25,341 nucleotides of DNA from a virus (Duplodnaviria; Caudoviricetes), in IMG/VR virus record IMGVR_UViG_3300048835_000020, positions 1 to 25,341 of that record. One strand, given 5' to 3'. Within the stretch, counting starts at the first letter, position 1, and every line of letters begins with the position of its first letter. Under the pieces are notes generated by a model, which was not told where the DNA came from, ran no database searches, and saw only the letters and a program-made list of their open reading frames with translations. Of the stretch, positions 1 through 6,556 are shown one piece after another. The position numbers and the translations under genes were made by a program.

Positions 1-24
1 TGTCCGGATGCCCGGTGGGCGTCC

Positions 25-90
25 GGACAACGCTCAAGTTGTGCGGCGCGAAGCCGCAGGCGTAGCGTCCGAACGAACGGAGGGTTAGCA
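25..90 (-). mobile_element. attC-like integron cassette recombination site 1 (66 bp)
   Basis: Minus strand reads R'' TGCTAAC, 5-nt spacer CCTCC, L'' GTTCGTTC, 26-nt core, L' GCACAAC, 6-nt spacer TTGAGC, R' GTTGTCC. It is an imperfect palindrome with the extra C at L'' position 4. Confidence 0.8.
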
Positions 91-93
91 GGG

Positions 94-708
94 ATGCGGG
101 TATTAGTGGCATGCGAGTACAGCGGCAGAGTGCGGGATGCGTTCCGTGCGCTCGGGCATGAGGCGATGAGTTGCGACCTGTTGCCGACAGAGGTTGAAGG
201 GCCGCACCACATGGGCGACGTGGCGGAGTTGCTGCACATGGGATGGGACTTGATGATTGCACACCCGCCATGCACGCACCTGGCCGTAAGCGGTAGCCGC
301 TGGTTTAAGGACAAGGTGAAGGAACAGGCCGAAGCGCTGGCATTTGTGCAGACGCTGATGGATGCGCCAATCTCCATGATTGCGATTGAAAATCCGATAA
401 GCGTTATTTCAAGCCGCATTCGCAAACCTGACCAGATCATTCAGCCGTGGCAGTTCGGGCATGGGGAAACGAAAGCGACATGCCTGTGGCTGAAAGGACT
501 ACCGAAGCTGACGCCGACGAATGTGGTTGAAGGGCGCGAGGCGCGGGTGCATCGGATGCCGCCAAGCCCCGACCGATGGAAGGAGCGGAGCAGGACATAC
601 CAGGGCGTTGCTGATGCGATGGCGGCGCAATGGGGCGTGCCTGCTAACGACCAAATTCAGGGGGCCGAGCCGCTTGCGGCGAAGGCTCCCTCTGGAATGC
701 CGGGTTAG
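94..708 (+). CDS. Short phage-type DNA cytosine methyltransferase (cassette-borne)
   Basis: N-terminal SAM-binding-like RVLVACEYSG, catalytic DLMIAHPPC (motif IV PC) and IENP (motif VI-like). The last ~20 codons run through attC site 2. Confidence 0.75.
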   Translation: MRVLVACEYSGRVRDAFRALGHEAMSCDLLPTEVEGPHHMGDVAELLHMGWDLMIAHPPCTHLAVSGSRWFKDKVKEQAEALAFVQTLMDAPISMIAIENPISVISSRIRKPDQIIQPWQFGHGETKATCLWLKGLPKLTPTNVVEGREARVHRMPPSPDRWKERSRTYQGVADAMAAQWGVPANDQIQGAEPLAAKAPSGMPG

Positions 709-710
709 CC
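642..710 (-). mobile_element. attC-like site 2 (69 bp)
   Basis: Minus strand: R'' GGCTAAC, CCGGC, L'' ATTCCAGA, 29-nt core, L' CCTGAAT, TTGGTC, R' GTTAGCA. Confidence 0.85.
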
Positions 711-723
711 GGCAACTTTAACT

Positions 724-1119
724 ATGGAGACTGACATGAACAAAAAGCAGATTGACCAGATGGTGAACCGCTTCCTTGGTTGGAAGCTGCCAAAGGACTT
801 CGCCCCGGACGCTGGAATTTCGTTCAAGCCGACGGAGCCATACGAGGGCGACGAACTCGGCAATTCGTGGTGGCCGATTGGAACTAACCTGCTGACGGCA
901 GACCAGGCGCGGGCCATGATTTCGCACATGCTGGCCGATGTGGTTCCCGTGGAAGATTTCAGGGATGTGATTAAGTACGCAGACGAGCTTTGCGTCGCGG
1001 TGGATCGCGCAGCGGAGGACATCGGCGGAAGCAGGCCGACCAGAGAGATTCTGGCCGACCTCGGGCCGGCGACGGACAAGGCAATGAGGGCTATGGAGCA
1101 GTACGGACATGCCGGCTAA
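724..1119 (+). CDS. Hypothetical phage protein (cassette-borne)
   Basis: 131-aa ORF filling the space between attC 2 and attC 3. Its TAA stop lies within GGCTAAC. The real start may be the second Met, which follows GGAG. Confidence 0.75.
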   Translation: METDMNKKQIDQMVNRFLGWKLPKDFAPDAGISFKPTEPYEGDELGNSWWPIGTNLLTADQARAMISHMLADVVPVEDFRDVIKYADELCVAVDRAAEDIGGSRPTREILADLGPATDKAMRAMEQYGHAG

Positions 1120-1239
1120 CGTGCAAGGTAACAGGCTCGCCGCTGGTGGCGCGGCCAAAGAAGGAGACTAGCAATGAACAACGACAGCGCAGAAACGAAG
1201 GCGGATTGCGGCGAGTCCTCGTTGACCGGCGGGTTAGGC
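1114..1239 (-). mobile_element. attC-like site 3 (126 bp)
   Basis: Minus strand: R'' GCCTAAC, CCGCC, L'' GGTCAACG, stem AGGACTCGCCGC...GCGGCGAGCC, L' TGTTACC, TTGCAC, R' GTTAGCC, with a long variable loop. Confidence 0.85.
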
Positions 1240-1563
1240 TTGATGCCTACGCCGGACTGGTGGCATTACAAGATTAACGGCGAATGGGACGGCTTCAGCC
1301 GAGTTCGCCCACCGGATGACGCATTCGACGAAGGGACGTTAGTCCCACTTTACGCCAAAGAGCCAGCAAGCGTTGAGTCGGTAGCGGCTGGACTTACTTT
1401 CTGCTGCGGTAAAGAAGAAAAGCTTACGCTGGAAATTGCTGCACTTCGGAACGTCGTGCAATCGGCAATGCTTGCGGGATGTGTAGAGGTATTTTCCGCT
1501 TGGAACTACCACTTCCCGGACAATCAAATAGAGCCGTACAAGAAGACGCCTAACGTGAAGTAG
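1174..1563 (+). CDS. Hypothetical protein (cassette-borne)
   Basis: 129-aa ORF with a strong AAGGAG RBS located inside the attC 3 loop. It is visibly more AT-rich than the phage backbone. Confidence 0.7.
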   Translation: MNNDSAETKADCGESSLTGGLGLMPTPDWWHYKINGEWDGFSRVRPPDDAFDEGTLVPLYAKEPASVESVAAGLTFCCGKEEKLTLEIAALRNVVQSAMLAGCVEVFSAWNYHFPDNQIEPYKKTPNVK

Positions 1564-1580
1564 CGGACAAAACGTCAAGT
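1548..1580 (-). mobile_element. Putative attI-like or secondary insertion site heading the cassette array
   Basis: Minus strand ...GTTTTGTCCGCTACTTCAC-GTTAGGC. It has a GTTRRRY core complementary to the R'' of attC 3, but no upstream palindrome. Confidence 0.5.
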
Positions 1581-1596
1581 AAACGGAATATTGGAC

Positions 1597-1677
1597 ATGA
1601 CTACTCCGTCTTGGACTGCCGCAATGGCGCTCATGCTGAAATACCAGCGCATGCGCCTCACCCTGGAGGCAGCATGA
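1597..1677 (+). CDS. Possible 26-aa peptide or gene remnant (MTTPSWTAAMALMLKYQRMRLTLEAA)
   Basis: ATG at 1597; its TGA overlaps the next ATG (ATGA at 1674-1677). It is below the ORF-track cutoff. Confidence 0.35.
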   Translation: MTTPSWTAAMALMLKYQRMRLTLEAA

Positions 1678-1892
1678 CCCAGGCCGCCCTCCTCATCCTC
1701 TCCGCCGCCGCCATGTGGCTCGTCTCCGGCCGCAGCCGGCACGCCTGCCTCGGCTGGGCCTTGGGGCTGGCCAGCCAGCCGCTGTGGCTGTGGGAGACCT
1801 GGCAGGCGGCGCAATGGGGCATGTTCGCCTTGGCCGTGTTCTACACCGGCGCCTGGGCGCGCGGGCTGGCGAACCACTGGAGAGGCGCATGA
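1674..1892 (+). CDS. Small membrane protein (72 aa, about 3 TM, loosely PnuC-like phage family)
   Basis: GGAGG RBS, hydrophobic Trp-rich sequence (GWALGLASQPLW...QWGMF), and ATGA coupling to the next gene. Confidence 0.65.
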   Translation: MTQAALLILSAAAMWLVSGRSRHACLGWALGLASQPLWLWETWQAAQWGMFALAVFYTGAWARGLANHWRGA

Positions 1893-2158
1893 GCGACATC
1901 ACCCGCCAGCAGCTCTGTGCCGCGCTCGGGATCTCCGAATCCACCGTGCGCCGGCTGGAATTGGACGGCCTGCCCTACACCCCGGTCGGCCGCCGCGCGA
2001 AGAGGTACAATCTGGCCGAGGTCAAAGGCTGGCTGAGGGCGAATTGTCGATCTGGACTGACGAAGACGGGCGGCTGCACGTCGGCATCATGGCCGGCGGG
2101 CGCCGAATTCACCGCCGCCTGCCGGCGGGTGCATCTAAGGGTGCTGCCAAGCAGCTAG
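1889..2158 (+). CDS. xis: Excisionase / HTH DNA-binding protein
   Basis: MerR/Xis-like HTH (ITRQQLCAALGISESTVRRLELDGLP...RYNLAEVKGWL), directly upstream of and overlapping an integrase N-terminus. Confidence 0.75.
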   Translation: MSDITRQQLCAALGISESTVRRLELDGLPYTPVGRRAKRYNLAEVKGWLRANCRSGLTKTGGCTSASWPAGAEFTAACRRVHLRVLPSS

Positions 2159-2340
2159 AGGCAGATATGCGCGCCGCGCTCGGCCGCGCTCGCGTGCCAG
2201 TCATCCCAGGCGACCCGCCGCTCGCCGGCATCATGGAACTCTACCTCGATCACGCCGCCGGGCTGCGCAGCCCGGAGACCGCCCGCCACCACCGCTGCCA
2301 GCCGATCAGGCCGGCACGCCACTCCCGGCAGTCGGCGTAG
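2044..2340 (+). pseudogene. int: Truncated phage tyrosine integrase (N-terminal arm-binding part only)
   Basis: Arm-binding-like start (SIWTDEDGRLHVGIMAGGRRIHRRL...AKQLEA) followed by the start of a core-binding helix (YLDH...LRSPETARHH). It overlaps xis. There is no catalytic domain, and after ~2292 the frame is simply the antisense of Rz. Confidence 0.65.
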
Positions 2341-2747
2341 TTTTCGGCGACGGTTTCGAGGGCGGCAGCGTCCGCAACTCGTTCGGCGTCTCCAGCAGCC
2401 AGGCGGGCGGGGTCGGCGGGTTCGCCGGTCGCTGCTGCGTCGTGGAGCAGGCGCCAAGCGCCATCGAGATCGCAACGGCGAGCGGCAGGGACGATGGTTT
2501 CATAACGAACGACCTCCTTGATGATGGTGCGGGCCTTGGGGATGCGCTTCTCGCGCTCGGCGGACAGATCGGCGGCGAGGGTGTCGGCGGCGGTCTGGCG
2601 GCGCTGGATCTCCTCGGCGTAGGCCACGGCCTGGGCGTGCAGCCTGGCGGCCTCATGATCGCCGCGCAGACGCCAGCCGGACGCGGCGGAGAGGGCCAGG
2701 GCGGCGAACAGGCCGAGGAGGATCCAGGGATTTATGATTGACGGCAT
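2250..2747 (-). CDS. Rz: Inner-membrane spanin (Rz-like)
   Basis: Follows the endolysin. GGAGAGG RBS, N-terminal TM helix, Ala-rich coiled coil and two Cys; contains a nested lipoprotein gene. Confidence 0.8.
   Translation of the reverse strand: MPSIINPWILLGLFAALALSAASGWRLRGDHEAARLHAQAVAYAEEIQRRQTAADTLAADLSAEREKRIPKARTIIKEVVRYETIVPAARRCDLDGAWRLLHDAAATGEPADPARLAAGDAERVADAAALETVAENYADCREWRAGLIGWQRWWRAVSGLRSPAA
2306..2503 (-). CDS. Rz1: Outer-membrane spanin lipoprotein (Rz1-like), nested in Rz
   Basis: AAGGAGG RBS, signal peptide MKPSSLPLAVAISMALGA-C with lipobox, and a Pro-rich mature part (PPTPPAWLL), in an alternate frame inside Rz. Confidence 0.8.
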   Translation of the reverse strand: MKPSSLPLAVAISMALGACSTTQQRPANPPTPPAWLLETPNELRTLPPSKPSPKTTPTAGSGVPA

Positions 2748-3352
2748 ACGCCTCTCCCCCAATGCTCATATTTCGGTTGATGGCGGCGGACGATGCGCTC
2801 GGGGTAGCCGAGGTTTTCCGCGCAGTGCTTGACGTGGCGGCTCGCCCGGCCGCACGCGGAGTTCACCGCTTCCCTGTCCGCAGGGCTGGCGGCCAGGCGG
2901 GCCTCCTTGAGCCAGTGGCCGAGTCCGCCGTTGTAGCTGCGCAGGGTCGCCCACCAGCGGTTGCACTCGCCGCCGGCGATGGCGAGGCGGTCGTAGAGGT
3001 GGCGGTCGTAGGTGGCCAGGGCGCGCATGGCCCATGCCGGCGACAGCGTGTCGCAGCCCGGCGGGAGGTCAGAATATGCCCCGCAGATCCACCGCGCCGT
3101 CGCCGGCATGAACTGGGCCATGCCCGTTGCGCCGACGCGGCTGCGGGCGTCCGGCCGCCAGCCGCTCTCCTGGTGGATCTGCGCGGCCATGGTGGCGACG
3201 GGGGCATCGAGCCCCCACACCAGCCGGGCGCTGCGCGTGAGATCGCGGCGGTACTGCTCCTGGGCCGTTGCGCCGGACGACCACAGGCACAGGATCAGCA
3301 ACGCCCAGATGCAGAGCGCGACCGGCCAGGAGGGCTCCCAGTCGTCACGCAC
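2732..3352 (-). CDS. Endolysin, SLT lytic transglycosylase with N-terminal signal/TM segment
   Basis: AQIHQES (catalytic Glu), GATGMAQFMPAT and SYNGG motifs; hydrophobic N-terminus; lies between holin and spanins. Confidence 0.9.
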   Translation of the reverse strand: MRDDWEPSWPVALCIWALLILCLWSSGATAQEQYRRDLTRSARLVWGLDAPVATMAAQIHQESGWRPDARSRVGATGMAQFMPATARWICGAYSDLPPGCDTLSPAWAMRALATYDRHLYDRLAIAGGECNRWWATLRSYNGGLGHWLKEARLAASPADREAVNSACGRASRHVKHCAENLGYPERIVRRHQPKYEHWGRGVCRQS

Positions 3353-3623
3353 CGAGGCTCACCCCCAGCACGCAAGCGGCCACGATCAGCGCGCGTCGCT
3401 GCATGGCGAAGCAAAACCTGCTGTCGTTGTCGATTACGGAAAGGTCGTCCGGGCGCGCATAGTAGAAGATCGAGCGGTCGAGCCAGTAGCCGACCACGCC
3501 GCCGGCGGCGAGCAGCAGCAGCTTGTATGCGGTGACACCGATCTGCTGCGGCGCCAGCAGAGCCACCCCCAGGCAGAGGGCCAGCGCGACGTAGGCCCAG
3601 CCGTCCATGCGGAAGCGTTTCAT
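3345..3623 (-). CDS. Putative holin (2-3 TM)
   Basis: 92 aa with three hydrophobic segments, APQQ, GYWLDR.IF.YARP and RRALIV motifs; upstream of the endolysin. Confidence 0.85.
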   Translation of the reverse strand: MKRFRMDGWAYVALALCLGVALLAPQQIGVTAYKLLLLAAGGVVGYWLDRSIFYYARPDDLSVIDNDSRFCFAMQRRALIVAACVLGVSLGA

Positions 3624-3892
3624 CAGCTACCTCCTTTCATTTTGAGAATGCGCAAAAAACCCTCCCAGGCGGCGTAGCCGACCGCGGTCAGCGCGGTGAC
3701 GACGCCCCAGCCGCCGACCTGCGCCTTGACCTTGTCGCGGAACTCGGCCTTGCGGTTCTCGCGCTCGATCCACGCCTTGAAGGTCTGATGATGATCGGCA
3801 TGCTCTTCCGCCGACATGCCGCCGTGCATGGCGGCGGTCAGCGCTTCGATGTCTTCATCGGTGAGGGTGCGCGCCCGGCGTTCTCCGATCAT
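3623..3892 (-). CDS. Small membrane protein of the lysis module (antiholin/holin-like)
   Basis: 89 aa, GGAG RBS, a single C-terminal TM segment, coupled to the holin. Confidence 0.65.
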   Translation of the reverse strand: MIGERRARTLTDEDIEALTAAMHGGMSAEEHADHHQTFKAWIERENRKAEFRDKVKAQVGGWGVVTALTAVGYAAWEGFLRILKMKGGS

Positions 3893-3901
3893 CCTGGTCT
3901 C

Positions 3902-4171
3902 CTATGTCCGCAACTCCGGCGGCAGATGCCGCCCTTCGCGTTCCTTGCGGAAGGCGTTTTCGCAGTGATTCGGACCCTGTGGCAGGTAAAATAACAAGTC
4001 GATGAGCGCACGGTACGCCTTGTACGGATACCGGTGCCGCTGCCGCCAGCAGCGCGACGACATGGTTTCGTCGGCCCACGATTCCAGCGAGAGCGGGTTC
4101 AGCGCCACGTTAAGTAGCTGGTCGAGCGCAATAGCCAGTTGGTACAGGCCGTGCTTGATTTTTGTGTTCAC
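3902..4171 (-). CDS. Hypothetical phage protein (IALDQLLN...DETMSSR...HC type)
   Basis: GTG start overlaps the upstream stop (GTGA). The 89-aa protein carries a motif often seen between tail fibre and lysis genes. Confidence 0.75.
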   Translation of the reverse strand: MNTKIKHGLYQLAIALDQLLNVALNPLSLESWADETMSSRCWRQRHRYPYKAYRALIDLLFYLPQGPNHCENAFRKEREGRHLPPELRT

Positions 4172-4998
4172 GCTGCTGCCCCCTTGTCGATAAAAATCAT
4201 CCATGCGTGCGGATCGTCGCTGAATATATTGCCGCTGCAATCGGCGCAGCCGAAATACTTGCCCGCCTCGACGAACGGCGTGCTCTGCTGGATGATGCCG
4301 ACGCCTCGCGCCATGTACAGCTCGATGGCGTAGCTGTTGAAGTCCTTGTACGGCTGGTAATACACCCCGTCGGCCACCAGCGGCGGCGTGCAACGCACAG
4401 GTTCCCATCCTGGGCTGCGCGTGCCGTGGTACATGACAAGATGCACCACGTCCTGATACTCCTTGCCGAGGCCAGCACCCCACTTGCCGCCGCGCCGGCC
4501 GTAGGGCGGCGTGTAGCGCGGCAGGTGCTCGATCAGCCCGCCGCGGCTATAGGCATCCGAGCCGTTGTCCTTGTACGCCGTGCCGGGCGTTTTCTGCCGC
4601 CAGCAATTCATCTCGGCGGTGTGCACCGCGCCAATCTCCAGACCGCCAGGTGGAGACCAGACGAGGCCGACCGGCTTGCCTGCGTCGTCTCGATAGCCAA
4701 ATACCGTGTCGCATTTATACGGCGTGGTCGAGACAGTCCAGTCGCCCACCTCGATGACGCTCTTGTCGTCGCCCATGAACAGCACCGCGTTGGTCTGGTT
4801 GCGCCAAGCGCCGTCGATCATGTAATGCTTTGCCCACACGCAGTGCGCGCCAGGCCGTTGGACGTTCAGGAAAAGGCGGTAAAGCGGCTCATAACCCGGA
4901 TGATTGTGACGGAAGTCATAGCGCGCCGACGCGCCACCCCACTTGTTCGCCAGAGTGACGGTGGCTTCTTCGGGGAAGTAAGCGCGCAGGTCGATCAT
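4168..4998 (-). CDS. Hypothetical beta-rich, aromatic-rich protein
   Basis: About 276 aa, coupled by overlaps at both ends. Begins MIDLRAYFP and has ELYMARGVGII near the C-terminus. Confidence 0.7.
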   Translation of the reverse strand: MIDLRAYFPEEATVTLANKWGGASARYDFRHNHPGYEPLYRLFLNVQRPGAHCVWAKHYMIDGAWRNQTNAVLFMGDDKSVIEVGDWTVSTTPYKCDTVFGYRDDAGKPVGLVWSPPGGLEIGAVHTAEMNCWRQKTPGTAYKDNGSDAYSRGGLIEHLPRYTPPYGRRGGKWGAGLGKEYQDVVHLVMYHGTRSPGWEPVRCTPPLVADGVYYQPYKDFNSYAIELYMARGVGIIQQSTPFVEAGKYFGCADCSGNIFSDDPHAWMIFIDKGAAA

Positions 4999-5285
4999 CC
5001 CACCCACATCTCTTCGTCTGTGACCGGCGCTGTCAGAATCTCCGCTGCCCTCCCCGGCCCGATGATGGTCGCTGCTTCCAGCGCCTGCACGCCGGCGATG
5101 GTGTCGGGGCGTTCCGGGTCGACAAAAGTCGCCGCGGCGAGATCGTCGAGGTAAATCTTGATCTGCACGCTCGATTCGGCGGCGGTGTAGAGCGCCACCT
5201 TCTCGGCCGGCGTAAAGCGGTTGCGGAAGGCGAGGCGGGTCAGGAGGCGCTTTTGTTGGGTTTGATCGATGTGAATGATGGTCAT
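4995..5285 (-). CDS. Putative tail-fibre-associated / assembly protein
   Basis: 96 aa, ATGA overlap with the fibre gene, with LTRLAFRNRFT.AEK and GRAAEIL motifs typical of small post-fibre genes. Confidence 0.7.
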   Translation of the reverse strand: MTIIHIDQTQQKRLLTRLAFRNRFTPAEKVALYTAAESSVQIKIYLDDLAAATFVDPERPDTIAGVQALEAATIIGPGRAAEILTAPVTDEEMWVG

Positions 5286-6556
5286 TTGATCCTCACGTAA
5301 AAGCCCTGTGCGGCCTGCTTCTGGATGCCGACGTAGTTCGGCGTGCCAGCAAGATCGCCACCGAGGTCTACGTTGGCCTTGATCGCTCCGGAATAGTTGG
5401 CGAGCCACTTGGAATTGGCATGGGAAACGGCGTTGTAATCTGTGGCGGCACTGTGCGCAGATTTCGCATAGACCTGAAACGGACTCCACGTCGCTCCACT
5501 GTCGCCGCTATAAAGCGCGAGGTATCGGTTTCCGACCCCGCCGCAGGCCGCGACGATTTTGCCGGCACCGTCGGTGGATAATTGGGTGAATGCGTACCCA
5601 GCATTGGCAACGCCGACATAATCGGTGGCGAAGGTATCTATCGGCAGCACGCCCATGTACGTCCATACCCCGGTCGGATCGGTAGTCCGCCATACGTAAA
5701 GGGCATCGACCACAGCAACAAAATACGTGCCGTCGAAAATCAGATCGGTGATGATGGATGTAGCATCGAAGGTTATGCCGCTGCCGCTGGTGCGGTCAGT
5801 CCACGTCGCCGAAGGATCGGTGCAGGTGGCGAGCTTTCCCGCCGTAGCGCTGGCACTGCCACCCGCCGCCACGAACCAGTTCGACGCGCCGCCGAAGGCG
5901 ATGGCCTTCACCCCTCCACTGCCGGACGTGCCGCCCAGGCTCGGCGACGCCGCCACCGTCCAGGCGCCGGACGGATTCGCGTTGTTGATGGTGCTGCGTC
6001 CGCCTGCCGTTCCGGCGAGGTCGTGCAGCGCCACCCACCACGAATTGCCATAAGCGACGGCACTGCTTATCGGGTGGGTGGTGAAGGTGCCTCCGACCGC
6101 AGAGAACGTGCTGCCGTTGGCCGAATATTGATGCGCGGTGTTCGCCGCCACAGGCACGACGAGGTAGCTGGCGCCATTCACGGCGAAACGCTTGCCACAG
6201 GGAGTTGACGGTGTCCCGGTGCCGGTGACGTTTGACCAATTGACGAGATCGGTCGAATAATAAATGCCATTGTTCAAATTCGCCGAGACGGACACGTAGT
6301 TCGTGCCGATGCGATAGTAGGTCGTCCTTCTAGCATCGCCCGCAGCGGCTTTCAAGGACGTGGCGTCGATGCCAAAAACGCGCAATTGCGGCGCGTCGAC
6401 AATGACATCGGCGTAGTCCGCAGCGTAGGTCTTAATGCTGCCGGCGCGCAGATATTCACGGCCGCCTATGCTGGGGTTAGTGCGGGCGTCAGGCATGACG
6501 ACGAGGCCGCCGATCGGTACGCTGCCGCCACCGAAAAATTGAGAGAGGTTGCTCAT
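5282..6556 (-). CDS. Tail fibre / receptor-binding protein with beta-propeller-like repeats
   Basis: Starts MSNLSQFFGGG (ATGA overlap). G/S/T/A-rich, with repeated S.D..W / FDGTYFVAV blade-like motifs. Confidence 0.7.
   Translation of the reverse strand: MSNLSQFFGGGSVPIGGLVVMPDARTNPSIGGREYLRAGSIKTYAADYADVIVDAPQLRVFGIDATSLKAAAGDARRTTYYRIGTNYVSVSANLNNGIYYSTDLVNWSNVTGTGTPSTPCGKRFAVNGASYLVVPVAANTAHQYSANGSTFSAVGGTFTTHPISSAVAYGNSWWVALHDLAGTAGGRSTINNANPSGAWTVAASPSLGGTSGSGGVKAIAFGGASNWFVAAGGSASATAGKLATCTDPSATWTDRTSGSGITFDATSIITDLIFDGTYFVAVVDALYVWRTTDPTGVWTYMGVLPIDTFATDYVGVANAGYAFTQLSTDGAGKIVAACGGVGNRYLALYSGDSGATWSPFQVYAKSAHSAATDYNAVSHANSKWLANYSGAIKANVDLGGDLAGTPNYVGIQKQAAQGFYVRIK

Noticed and set aside
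25-1239. Intergenic palindromes as terminators, REP elements or CRISPR repeats
   Set aside because: They have no U tracts, differ in sequence and length, and are separated by whole genes. Their box spacing and bulges fit attC instead.
2044-2340. Integrase fragment as the IntI for the cassette array
   Set aside because: It overlaps an excisionase and has a phage arm-binding-type N-terminus, with no IntI motifs or catalytic domain.
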